Below are positions 1 to 12,318 of a stretch of DNA of 64,000 bases, piece by piece. The notes beneath the pieces are model-generated. The model did no database searches, was not told the origin of the DNA, and worked only from the letters and a program-made list of their open reading frames with translations. Origin of the DNA: Octopus vulgaris (lineage: Eukaryota). The position numbers were made by a program, and so were the translations under genes. The stretch spans positions 84,630,001-84,694,000 of the forward strand of contig OX597827.1 of assembly GCA_951406725.2 (NCBI GenBank). The letters run 5' to 3'. Positions within the stretch are counted from its first letter, which is position 1. Each line of letters begins with the position of its first letter.

Positions 1-975
1 ACATGTGCTGAGGTTGCAACATCTCCAGTGCTTCCTAGACGATAAGCTAATGTGGCCGCCGTTTGTCTGACACAGCTCATCTCTTTGTTTGACCTACATT
101 TCTGGATCAAGCGTAGACCGAAACCGGGTGCCTGGTGTCGTCAGGCAATCTAGTAAGTAAAAGCTCCACTCAGGTGTTCTACAGAGATTTAGTGGTGGGT
201 AAGTGCGACGACGTTTTTGGGGAGGTTCTGGGCGTCGATGAGAATGAGTTGGATGGTCAGTTCCAGAGGACTTTCGGGCCGGGGCCCATGGAATACTTCC
301 AGAAACCCCTGGCCTGGCAGTGCTACTGAGGGATATTGCCGCTTCGGGATAAACTCTACAGGCATGGAAGTGCCGTCAGCTGGGTTTGCCCGAGGTGCGC
401 ACTCTCGTCCAGTGCCCGAGCATTGCTGACTTGTGGGTTTATGTGGAACACCTGTAGGACGGATCCGGCTATCAGCTGAGTCCACCGTGAAGATCGTTCC
501 CACCGCCTTCCTTTGGTCGGGACGAGCAGGCAGTATTTCTTTGTCACTTGGATTTAACAAAAAAGGTTGTGTGGTAGACCAGGATGAAAGAACTGAAGAC
601 AGACACGTTCCTCTTTAGCCAGCCCTCATCAACTTCTTCAAATTTTACTTGAAAGGGAAAGTAAGGGTGGAGAGGGAAGTGCTTCCTCCAAGTAATTATT
701 TTAAAAGGTGGGTGAATGTAGCGCGAATGGCCCGAATGAACTGGTCACCTCTAGATTGAGATTAGATGAAGTGGAGAGGGATCTTGCCCTAGAGGTCTGG
801 GGGATCGTGGTTTTTGTAGGGTTTCCACGAGTAGCCCTTGGAAACTCTTTTGGTAATTTATTTGTTATAGTTTTTATTGTTATTACATTTTTTACACCAT
901 TAAATCCCATTACTTTTGTGTTGTCTTGTGTTCTGTCCCCGGTCTTTTGTATAAACCCTCAATGATGAATAGAGA
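1..975 (+). mobile_element. Degraded L1/Tx1-like LINE 3' end (ORF2 C-terminus with zf-RVT-like motif, then 3' UTR)
   Basis: Frameshifted translation gives LAWQCY*GILPLRDKLYRHGSAVSWVCPRC..LVQCPSIADLWVYVEHL...LKGKVRVEREVLPPSNYFKRW, resembling the zinc-binding C-terminus of L1/Tx1 ORF2; a T-rich UTR follows. Confidence 0.6.
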
Positions 976-1007
976 AAAGGTTATATATTCAGACTCTTTA
1001 CTTACTG

Positions 1008-1112
1008 AATTCAAATCCCGCCAAGGTCAACTCTACTTTCAGTTCCTTCGGACTCAATACGATAAAGTACCAGTGAAGCCCTGGGCTTGATGGAATCGGC
1101 TAACCCCTCCCG
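1008..1112 (+). mobile_element. Diverged SINE family B fragment
   Basis: ttcaaatcccgccaaggtcaac...aagtaccag...ctggg resembles the B-box and body of the intact copy at 7258-7488. Confidence 0.55.
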
Positions 1113-1641
1113 TCAAAGTTTCCTAAATTAGAAAACATTATGTCTTCAATCTTCACTTCTCAGATTCCTCTCGTACATTGTCTTTAGTCGTCAATCTTCA
1201 ATCTTGGTCAGTCTTTAATATTTATTCATCTACTTCCTATTCAGTCATCCCCCCTCTCTTCCCTCTGACTTCACACCCTCTCCTCTAAAACATAATCTTC
1301 TTTTCTCATTCATTGACATCAATTCTTCGCTAGTCCCCTGTTATCAACCCTACCCACAATGCCATTCTGCTACTTCTCCCCAACTACCCCTCCACTTCCA
1401 CTACCGCTTCATCTTATACCAGTAATTAAGGCAACCACAGCAGTTTTCTATTTTATCCGTGTTATTGTAGTTGCTCCTCTGATTTGTGTTGTTGTTGTTG
1501 TCGCCGATGATGATGACAATGATGATGGATTCTTTTTTTAATGCAATTAAATCTTCAAATTTCACATTTAATTCAGCTTTTGTCTTTTCCATCTTGCTGT
1601 CAAGATGAGGAGGGGATAATGGAGTGGGAAGGAGAGGAAAG

Positions 1642-1644
<3 letters not shown>

Positions 1645-1693
<49 letters not shown>

Positions 1694-1900
1694 AGAAGGA
1701 AAGAAAGAAAGAAAGAAACTGGTCCAACTAAGCGATAGAAACCATGAAAATAATAACAAAGATAAAACTGGGTTGGAAGGAATGAAATGTGTGTGAAAAG
1801 ATAGTCATACTTGTGTGTATGCGTGAATGTGTGTGTGTATGCGTGAATGTGTGTATGTATGTATGTATGTGTGTGTGTGTGTGTGTATGTATGTGTGTGT
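1645..1900. repeat. (GA)n, (GAAA)n and (TG)n microsatellites
   Basis: Directly visible simple repeats. Confidence 0.9.
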
Positions 1901-3004
1901 GTGGTGCGGACCATTAATTATGTCAGTGGAATACAATCTTGAAACCTGTTAGTTTTGCATTGAGAGTTTTGGGAAATGAAAACAACTGGGGATGGAGAGG
2001 TGAGAGGCATGAAGGGAGCGGGGGATGTTGGCAGAGCAACATTACAGCATCATCATCATCAGCAGCAGCAACAACAGCAACGTTTTCTTTTATTTGCCAC
2101 CAGGGCGAAGGATGAGGGCGACAATACAAAGACAATAACAATAATAAGTACAAGTAAATAGCTGGAATGTTCCACTTATTTGGTCAATAGATTTCAGTTG
2201 ATGGGGGTGGGCATGGCGGGGGAGGAACAGCGAAATGCAACAAAAATTCATTTTCACTTTTGCTCTCCTTATTTTTACTTCTTCACTTTTCGATCCTCTT
2301 TTCTCCAATTTTTTCAAATAGTTTTTCACTTCATTTTCTATTACATTCTGTCTTATAGTTTTCTTTTATATTTTATACATTTAAGACATTAGTGGACTTT
2401 TATTATTATTATTATTGTTATTATTATTATTATTACTGTTCTTATTTTAGTATTTTAACGCTTCCTTAGTTTATCTCTCGTTTTTCTATTTATCTTCTTT
2501 TCTATTTTCGTTTAACAAAAACAAATCTCATTATTTTCAGATTTAGTTCGAACGTGGGAAGCTCAACACTGAAAGCTAACGATAAATGCGACCACGCCTT
2601 CCTCCCACCATTAAAAACCTGACTGTCAGTCTGCCCGCCCGCCCGCCCTCTGCACCACCGTCTTACATTACACCCCACTCTCCGATTAAATCTGCTTTTA
2701 AAATAGTTTCAATTATATAAAATAATTAAAATAAATATTTTAAATTGGATAAGAGAGTGTGATTCGATCTGTGACTGATTAACAAAAAACTGACATTCCT
2801 ATATACACGCATACATTTCTGTGTATATGTATACACACACACACTCACACATACATACACACACATCTAATTATCAGTGACTCAATGTCGATGTATATAA
2901 AAATGTAATATGAGCATATGAATATGCGCGCGTGCGTATGCGTGTATATATGTGTGTGTGTGTGTCAAACTTCTATCAATATAATACACACACACACACA
3001 CACA

Positions 3005-3352
3005 TGGCTATGCAATTACGTGGTTTCGAGTTCAGTCCCCCTGTGCGGCATCTTAGCTGAGTATCTTCTACTGTAGTCCTGGGCCGACTAGTATCTTGTG
3101 AGTGAATTCGGTAGACGAAAACTGTGTGGAAGTCTGTCATGAGTATATGCGTGTGTTTGTTCGTCCCTCCACTTGACAACCGATGCTGGTTTGCTTACGT
3201 CCCCGTAACTTAGCGGTTCGGTTTGGAGAGCAAGAGATTAAGTACCAGACTTAAATAGATTTAGTGGGGTCGATTTCTTCGGCTTAACCCCACAAGACAG
3301 TGCCCTAGCATAACCGCAGTTTAATGACACAGAAACATAAAAGAAGGATAAA
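3005..3352 (+). mobile_element. SINE family A, diverged copy
   Basis: gagttcagtccc B-box-like head, shared body, tail cagtgccctagcataaccgcag...gaaac. Confidence 0.75.
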
Positions 3353-3353
3353 A

Positions 3354-3392
<39 letters not shown>

Positions 3393-3548
3393 TGGACTTT
3401 TCTCTGTTTCCGAAGAAGAGCGTCTGCTCGAAACGTTAAACCATCTTTCTTTCCTTCCCTGAGCGTCTGCTAATACATTACATGTACCACATCCTCGCAT
3501 TTTTTTTTTCGTGTTTGTTCTTCTCTTTTGGATTTTTGGGATTTACTA
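3393..3548 (+). mobile_element. Penelope-like pLTR fragment with minimal hammerhead-like motif (3406-3441)
   Basis: gttt-CCGAAGA-a-gagc(gtct)gctc-GAAA-CG-TT-aaac; bounded by (TA)n on both sides. Confidence 0.55.
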
Positions 3549-3577
3549 TATATATATATATATATGTATGTATATGG

Positions 3578-3870
3578 AAAAAAGTCAAGGTAGAAAATGC
3601 TAAAATATTGTATAAAAAAACATTTCAGTACCGGTTTCAGTCATTGAGACGTCTTCAACTGTAAGCATGGAGAACAATTAAATTTTGAAAAAATTAAATG
3701 AAAAGTTGTCCCTTGTATTTGAATACTATGCAAATATTCTTTTTAAAAATTTTCTAATAAGTTTTTAGAAAAGTTTTAATTGTTTTCCATGCTTACAGTT
3801 TTGAAGAAGTTTTTCTGCTAATCACTGAAACCGGTACTGCAAATGTTTTTTATAAATTATTTAAGCATTT

Positions 3871-3872
<2 letters not shown>
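3578..3872. mobile_element. Inverted-repeat mini-element with a hammerhead-like motif in each arm
   Basis: ~3591-3682 is an imperfect reverse complement of ~3775-3872; flanked by (TA)n. Confidence 0.6.
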
Positions 3873-3917
<45 letters not shown>

Positions 3918-3919
<2 letters not shown>

Positions 3920-4298
3920 CACAGGAGTGGTTGTGTGGTAAGTAGCTTGCTTACCAACCACATGGTTCCGGGTTTAGTCCCACTGCGTGGCACCGTAGAC
4001 AGGTGTCTTCTACTATAACCTCGGGCCGACCAAAGCCTTGTGAGTGGATTTGGTAGACGGAAGCGGAAAGAAGCCTGTCGTATATATATATGTATATGTT
4101 TGTGTGTCTGTGTTTGTCCCCTCAACATCACTTGACAGCCGATGGTGGTGTGTTTATGTTCTGGTAACTTAGTGGTTCGGCAAAAGAGACCGATAGAATA
4201 AGTACTGGGCTTACAAAGAATAAGTCCTGGGGTCGATTTGTTTGACTACAGGCAGTGCTCCAGCATGACTGCAGTCAAATGACTGAAACAAATAACAA
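3918..4298 (+). mobile_element. SINE family A (tRNA-like head, internal TA/TG stretch, LINE-like tail)
   Basis: A-box-like tggttgtgtggtaag, B-box-like ggtttagtccc, tail ggcagtgctccagcatgactgcagtcaaatgactgaaac; many copies in the window. Confidence 0.9.
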
Positions 4299-4319
4299 TA
4301 TATATATATATATATATAT

Positions 4320-5336
4320 ATAGCATTAAAGACCCGTCGTTGCCGGGTCATAGTGCTAGTGCATGTATATATGTGTATATATTACATGTACATCTATATA
4401 TATATACATCTACACATAAAATACAAAATACAATGTTATATCTTGATATCGCTAGTGATAACAATACTCAAAATATATAACAGACTGGAATTGTTAGCCT
4501 GTCTCTTGTAATTTCGATCAATTGTATCTTGTCCTCCCTCTTGTATAGAAGTGTGGCTACAATCCAGCCTACCTCTACTTCGGTGGGGGGAATTAAAAAA
4601 TTTTTTCCGGGACGTCCTACGTCCCAGATATAAAGGTAAAAGTAAAATATTTCCACTTTGCAAGTTCGAGTCGAGTACTCCCTTGCACGCTCCGTTGACT
4701 AGAACCTTGCTTCTATTGTGGCGAATTTACCGTCTCTGATTAGATACCTTTCATAGTCGCACCAAGACACTTTTCAAGGGTGCTTTCCTCCATGTGTTCA
4801 AATCTTTTTTTTCTCTACATTGTATACTTTATAGACAATAGTCTTTTCTTTAATTTAATTTTTTATTATCCATCTGGACTATTCCATTTCTACACGCTAA
4901 TTTTATTTTTAATTTATTCCCATTCATGTAAAACCACTTATTCAAGTTCAAGTCATTGATGCAATTTTATACCAATTGCTATTTTTACTTTTGTTATGTT
5001 ACGATTATATTATACTTTAGTTTGATTTTAATTATTACTTACTATATATAATTCAATTGTTATTATTATTTTTATTGTTAAAGTGAAAATATCTGACATA
5101 AAATAGAGAAACGTTTTTGTTTCACTTTTAACACGTAATACTGAAATAGTGGAGAAGATATGATATTGTTATGGGCTCGCTCTAGGCAAGAAGTTGAACA
5201 TTTTTCTTTTGCCGATGTCACTCCCCGGACCCTAAGTAAGGCATGTGTAAAATTTGAATGGAATTGGTTGTGTAGTTCTCAAGTTTTAGGGAAACAGACA
5301 GACAGACAGACATTCTCAGTTTTATATATATAAAGA
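4320..5336 (-). mobile_element. Non-autonomous Helitron-like element
   Basis: Minus strand starts TCTTTATATATATAAAA followed by (TGTC)n and ends in hairpin gacccggcaacgacgggtc, a short spacer and gcta(t); same layout as the Helitron at 36991-37631. Confidence 0.65.
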
Positions 5337-6664
5337 TATACCTGCTACCCTGATACTATCTGAAATATCACTTAATTAACCTCAAATGGAGTATTACCTG
5401 GCCAAGTGGAACATAATAATCATATATAACCTCACATATTGCATGCCAAGTTGTTTGACGCAATGTGTTTACAAAATTGCTACTGAAACGTGTTTAGTTC
5501 TACCCAAGTTATGTATTTAGGTTTATATATATAAATGTGTGGATGTGTACACACACACAACGGGTGTTCTACATACTTTCCATCTACAAGACATTGGTCA
5601 ACTGAGGATACTTTACCCAAGCGCTGTGCTCTGAGGGATGAGGAAATATCAGTATTTCTGGCTAATAACGGACTCACTTCACTTAGTACGGGGGTTGTAC
5701 GAAAGTCAGTATTTTATAAATATTATTTTACTCCAGGTCGATCCTGCTCGTTCGTACCAATAATTAAAATCGCTCCAGTATGACCATCCAGCTGGCTTAG
5801 GTAGCTTATTTCTGATTCTGCATTATTATTCAATGTAGTTTGAGATATCATTCGTTTTTTTAACACGGCAGGGGTTGATTTAGGAATATTTTGGCAGGTA
5901 TTTCTAACGACTTATGGGATGAAGTAGAAGAGTGTTTCTCTCATTTATCTCTGGAGACAAATTATCAATGTTCCCAACAAAAACCTGTTGCTTTCTTTAT
6001 TTGATATCTTAAGTAGAACTGAAGTGGTTTGAACGTCAATATTAATGATGTTGTTATAAACCGTTGTTATTTGCCCACGACGATGTAATTGAACAGATGG
6101 TCATTAGTATACAAACGTAACAGCAATAAAAATTGGTTGTTTTGTACGGTCTTGTTCAACAGTAAAACACACACACACACGTACGTGTATATATTACGTG
6201 CAATTTTGATTATACTACACATGCGCACTATATATAACCCACGCGAACACACACGTCTTGCGATAGGAATATTCTTGATAAACACGCAGGACAACCTTAA
6301 GGTTATTTTGTTTTTATCTGGTCTGATTCGATGATAACGAGACATCTCAACGTCGTCTGAATGTGATTTGATAAACGTTGTGGAGAGATAAGCCCACGGA
6401 AACACAAATATGCATCCGCCTGACTAGGGTGTTAGTGGCACAAAACTGATATAAAAATTATAAGCCAAGAGAAATAAGTCAAGAGGTTTAATGGCATGGA
6501 TGGAAATAAAATCAGCGGGTGTTGATATGCGGGATAACAAACTTAACGGCAATTCTTTGTGACCGCCAAAGAAAAAAGAAGAGGTAATTTACAGAAGTTT
6601 ATAAACAAATTATTATTATGATTAGGATAACACCTTGTTTCACAGAGAACTTAATGAAATCTGT

Positions 6665-6697
6665 GAATATGTTTCGGCCTTATTAATTCTCATCAGC
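6665..6697 (-). ncRNA. Degenerate hammerhead-ribozyme-like motif (probably Penelope-derived)
   Basis: Minus strand CTGATGA-gaattaataaggcc-GAAA-catatt; core present but stem II broken. Confidence 0.35.
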
Positions 6698-7086
6698 GAA
6701 ACCTAATCATCTGCTGGTCGTTAGATCATAGAAATTTTGACTATAGCAAGAGTTGCAATTTTGGACATTAGTAATTTACATAATTAGTGTGAAACGAACT
6801 AATAGCAAGTATCAAAAATGGCATAAATTTGCATTAGTGGTGGTGCAGTGTACGGTGTTGTGTGTGTGACATGGATGGGTGTAGTTGAATGTATGTGTTA
6901 ATTAGATGTAAATGAAGGTGTGTGGGTGGTGCAGGGCTGGGGTTGTTTTGGGACTTTTAGTGATTGTTTCGACCTTCACTAATCCCACCTCGAATCGGAG
7001 AAACATATCAGAACAATAAATAATATCTTAAGTTGAACGCCATATTTGATTATCTTTGGTAAAAACAAAAACAAAAACAAAAACAT

Positions 7087-7697
7087 GGATACAGGTGAAG
7101 GCTGCGTGGTTATGAAGTTCGCTTTGCAAGTACGTAGTTTCGGGTTCAATCCATCTTGAGCAAGTGCCTTCAACAATATCCCCAGGCCGACTAGTGTCTT
7201 GTGAGTGAATTTGGCAGACGGAAACTCCGTGGAAGCCCTTCATATATCTATATATGAGGCGGCGAGCTGGCAGAATCGTTTGCATGCCGGGCGAAATACT
7301 TAGCGGTATTTCGTCTGCCGTTACGTTCTGAGTTCAAATTCCGCCGAGGTCGATTTTGCCTTTCATCCTTTCGGGGTCGATTAAATAAGTACCAGTTACA
7401 CACTGGGGTCGATCTGATCGACTTAATCCGTTTGTCTGTCCTTGTTTGTCCCCTCTATGTTTTGCCCCTTGTGGGTAGTAAAGAAATATATATCTATATA
7501 TGAGTGCGCGCGCGGGAGTCATTGTCTTCCATCACCACTTGACAATTCGTATTAGTGTGTTTGCGCCCCAACCCCATAACTTAGCTGTTCAGCAGAAGTG
7601 ATTGATAAATACCAGAAGATATGCTGAAGGGCGATTTGCACCTTTCGAGACGGTACCTCACTATGGCCGCAGTCCAATAACTGAAACAAGTAAAAGA
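7087..7697 (+). mobile_element. SINE family A, interrupted by a family B SINE
   Basis: Head 7087-7240; body and tail 7504-7697 ending atggccgcagtccaataactgaaacaagtaaaaga. Confidence 0.8.
7258..7488 (+). mobile_element. SINE family B, full length, 15-bp TSD
   Basis: ggcggcgagctggcagaatc...gagttcaaattcc...gtaaagaaata; TSD tatatctatatatga at 7243-7257 and 7489-7503. Confidence 0.92.
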
Positions 7698-7752
7698 CAT
7701 TGATTAGTTACAAGGAATATTTTAAAATATCTGAGTGCATTGTTAATGTGTG

Positions 7753-7813
<61 letters not shown>

Positions 7814-7847
7814 AAGAAAGAGGCTTTTGGAGCCAATTTCGCATGAA

Positions 7848-8062
7848 ATATTGGTTTCAAATGTTTGGCACAAGACCATCTATTTCACGAGGGAAGGTAA
7901 GACGATGAAATTGACCCCAGTATTCAACTGGTACTTATTTTATTGACCCTGAAAGAATGAAAGGCAAAGTCGATCTCGGCAACATTTAAACTTAGAACTT
8001 AAAGACGGATGAAACGATGCAAAGCATTTTGTCCGGCATGCTAATTCTGTCGGCTCACCGCC
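7848..8062 (-). mobile_element. SINE family B variant (different tail), diverged
   Basis: Reverse complement of the B head and body. Confidence 0.8.
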
Positions 8063-8660
8063 TTAATTTCACACGAATTATTGCAATAAATTTTACCCTA
8101 ATTCTCATGCAAATCTGACTTAGGGTAAAAGTTCAATAAATTTATTTAACATTAAATATTTGTCAAATAAAATCAAAGTTGGGTAATCTTTTCTTGATAA
8201 TAATTAAAATTGTGCCCGTCAGAATGCGATTCAAAATGGCTCTCTGCCAGTTTCAACGATGAGTGATTCAGTTGTTTGATCAACGGAAGAATTTATTAAA
8301 GTATTGTATATGTGGCTGAGTATTCCTTTAATGTTGTCCCCAGAGGGAATTAGCGTGATACAGCATGTACCAAAGATGATCGTTTGGCTAGTAGGCACAA
8401 TGAAAATAGTTTCCATCTGATCATTTTTATAGACAATTTTTTTTTTTACTATTACACCTTGAAACTATGGTAGAGACCACCTACCCCAGATTCCATGTAA
8501 TGAGATCGAATCTGGGACATCATTACTACGGAAGAACTTCCCAACTCTTGGACAAACCTGCGCTCATCATGCTGCCCATATACACACTTCCCACACAAAC
8601 TGATAAACAACTGAGAATCATCTCGTTCTTCCCTCTCTCACCTGACACACACTCTCCCTC

Positions 8661-8691
<31 letters not shown>

Positions 8692-10307
8692 TATATCAAG
8701 AGAGAGAGAGAGAGAGACAGACAGACATGTATACATAACTGCATTCACATATGTGTGTATGTAAGTTTACTTTTAGTGCTACTAGTAGCATTTAATCCAG
8801 CACAAGCTGTTACATGGTCAGCCTTCCAGTGACTAAAATCTCCCCTAGGGCCATTTCAGATTGATAAGGTTGCTAAAACCCCAACAGAAGAAAAGACTTT
8901 CATAAAAAGGAAAAAAGTAACTTCCAATATGGGATCAACGAGTACCTTGTTATGTCGTGGGTAGGAGATAGAAATAATCAAGATGGTAGGCAAACAAGTG
9001 CGCTAGAAACTGACTTAGTGATTGATGGTGACCGAGTTGTTGTGAGACATAGGTAGATAGGATTCTGTAGCCTTGTTGGGTTGACCTGTCTCCACTAGCC
9101 TGCTGCTTTGTGGGTAAGTCCATCATGATAAGGTTAGAAATATATCTCCTGAATGGTCAGCTTAAGACAGTTTATGCTAGATTAGATTTCTGACAACGCT
9201 GGGAGGGAGTCATCACGGGCCACGTCTTGGCTCCCTCACATCGGAATAAACCGGGAAAGGCAAATCATTAAAAGTTTCATTGGGTAAATACCTTTACCTT
9301 CAGTGTTGATTATGAAACATCGGTTTCAGGGGTGGAGGTTGTTGCTACGACAGACCGGTATCACGTTTGTAATTTCCTTGCGTGTGAGGGCGCATAGTAT
9401 TTCTGGCATAAGGCATTAGCAGTCGCAATTTCTCTGTTTGGCCGTGATCGTTGCGGTGGGATGCAAGCAGAAGCTTGATCGACCCCAACTGGATCAACTT
9501 GGACGAGCAGGTTTGATGTTGAATGATTCAAAATGCCATACCACTCCTGTATTATCACTGGTGATGCATCCCAGAGTATCCAAAAGACGTATTTTGCAAC
9601 TTTTGTAATTCTGACCGTGAGATACATAATAAGAAAAAAAATTCATTATGTAGTTGGAATCCTGTAACGAAGAATATAAATTATGATACATAATTAAGAA
9701 GGATAAATCCGAGAACCAGAGAGAGAAAATCCATTTCGTTCCCAGTATGGAGTCAAACTGTAAACAGCGGAGATTTGAAATAGGAAAGCTGCAATCACAA
9801 GATTGAAATGTGAATGTGGAATCTCGACATGGAATCAGCGAGGTTCAAAAGATCAGAGCCATACCAAAGAGAGACAGCTAATCAGGAGTTCAAAGCCGAC
9901 ATCCCGCTGATGATAGATCTGTTTGAAACTATGATTAATGAGTTCACCCCAACAGTTATCAGCCTGGCATCCACTGACAACCTGGAAAAATGTGAAATGA
10001 CACGCATGCGCACTAGAATTTCTTTCCTTCCTTTTCATTATCTGTGTGTGTGTATACTCACATACACACATTTATTGCATCAAGAGAAATATGAATATAT
10101 GTCTGCTTTAAAAAGTGTCCACACATTAATGACATTAGTATAATTATATATACAAATCATGTACAATGATACGTGTATACATGCAACACCGGATTAACCT
10201 CTACATCTAACCATATATGTATACAGGTCCGCATTTATCTATCTGCCTGTCTGTCTATCTATTTATCTATCTATCTATTTATATACATACATACATATAT
10301 ATATATA

Positions 10308-10518
10308 GCCCGAAACTTTCGTGACCTCCTGGTCCACGGCACCTAGGCTGGCTCCTTCCCCTGCTCTCGCCCATACTTTCGCACCTACCCCTACTTCTCC
10401 AACACCACCATCCTCACTGGCACTCATCGCCGTCTTACCTGCACCTCCAACAATGTTATTTACTGCATTTCCTGCTCTCTCTGTCCTTCTCTGTACATTG
10501 GTCAAACGGGACGCCGCA
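10308..10518 (+). pseudogene. Penelope-like retroelement GIY-YIG endonuclease fragment
   Basis: Translates ARNFRDLLVHGT*AGSFPCSRP...[28 protein letters not shown], the VIY..C..C..YIGQT motif of PLE endonucleases. Confidence 0.8.
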
Positions 10519-10584
10519 TGGAAACAACCACGGAACAATGTGGTTGTCAAGCAAGCTTTTTAGCACACAGCCACGCCTGCACCT
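10510..10584 (-). mobile_element. SINE family A head fragment
   Basis: Reverse complement ggtgcaggcgtggctgtgtgctaaaaagcttgcttgacaaccac. Confidence 0.7.
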
Positions 10585-10919
10585 GTATGTATGTATGTAT
10601 GTATGCATGCATGCATGCATGCATGCATGCATGCATGCATGTATGTATGTATGTATGTATGTATGTATGTATGTATGTATGTATGTATGTATGTATGTAT
10701 GCATGCATGCATGCATGCATGCATGCATGTATGTATGTATGTATGTATGTATGTATGTATGTATGTATGTATGTATGTATGTATGTATGTATGTATGTAT
10801 GCATGCATGCATGCATGTATGCATGTATGTATGTATGCATGCATGTATGAACACATACATATATATATGCACATATATATACATATACACACATATACAT
10901 ACACACACACATATATATA

Positions 10920-10973
<54 letters not shown>

Positions 10974-11063
10974 TATGTATATACACACACATATATATAT
11001 GTATATACATATATATATAGATAGATCTTTATATATATATATACACATACATAGATATTTTTA

Positions 11064-11127
<64 letters not shown>
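10585..11127. repeat. Compound (TATG)n/(CATG)n/(TA)n microsatellite
   Basis: Directly visible alternating purine-pyrimidine tracts. Confidence 0.95.
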
Positions 11128-11129
<2 letters not shown>

Positions 11130-12268
11130 GTACAACTGTTAAAATTTGGTATAACATAAAAATTTCAGATATTTGTCTTAAACATTCAGACAAGCAAATT
11201 CATAATTCAGATGTATGAGATATTATTCCTTTCAAATAACTACATATTTATATGAAGACAAAGATGATAAAATATTGAAATTTAAGAATATAAACATAAA
11301 AAATAATTTTTTTTTAAATATAAGGAGTACCATGACAGAAATATAGCTAAGTGTCCACAGTTTCATCTGGTCAGCTACAGTGACCACTGGGTACATCCAT
11401 ATTTCTTTTCTTTTTTTCCGTTGCCATATTTTGTGGTGATATGACTAGCAGAGAATGGTGATTCCACCGATGATGCTGCTGACAGTTTCAATGTATTACT
11501 TTCAGACTCCATCGAGTCACGGAAAACGGCCAACGCCCAACACACAAATTTTGGGGTTCTTCCCGTAGAATAATTGGCTTGACGCCGCTCAGAAAATTTA
11601 GAGTTCAACAACAACAAAAACAATAATAATAATAATAATAATTTCCCCTCACGGAGGGATTTGAAACAGGCTGCTTTCAAAAGCAATAAGAACAGTTCTT
11701 CAACAAACAAATAACTTCAGCAAACTTACAAAGCTCACCTTAGTTTCACACAGCCAAGTAGTATAATAACTTCAGGAGAACACATTTTAGACACTTTCAA
11801 AATATAAGAATATAATCATTTCTATACAAAGATTAACTAAGAAATTAAAAGGGTTGACGGGTGAGATTTTAGTTAATCATATAATACGCATACAGGATTT
11901 TGTATACGTGTTATATGGTGTTGATTCAGTAATTATCAACCACCTTAAATTATACTCAATGTTACTTTTCTGAAACGGCCGTAGGTTTGGACTGATCCTT
12001 TCAATCACCTCCTTTAATCTAGTCTAACTATATTTTCTACTTTCATGGTACTCAATATATTTTTTATGTTTATATTCCCATATTTCAATATTTTATCATC
12101 TTTGTCTTCATATAAATATGTGGTTATTTGAAGGGAATAATATCTCATACATCTGAATTATGAATTTGCTTGTCTGAATGTCGAAGACAAATATCTGAAA
12201 TTTTTATCTTATACCAAATTTTAACAGTTGTACTATATACTGGAGCTTTATCTCCATTAAGATTCTCG

Positions 12269-12272
<4 letters not shown>
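11128..12272. mobile_element. Foldback element with ~200-bp inverted repeats, inside (TA)n
   Basis: 11128-11336 is the near reverse complement of 12043-12236; (TA)n on both sides. Confidence 0.75.

Positions 12273-12318
<46 letters not shown>

Noticed and set aside
1976-2161. Short His/Gln-rich ORF
   Set aside because: Driven by (CAT)n/(CAG)n repeats; no domain or clear splice structure.
7258-7352. tRNA gene
   Set aside because: Only A/B-box-like SINE heads; no complete cloverleaf, and they continue into SINE bodies.
9814-10143. 109-aa ORF
   Set aside because: Looks at best like a very old LINE 3' remnant running into simple repeats.
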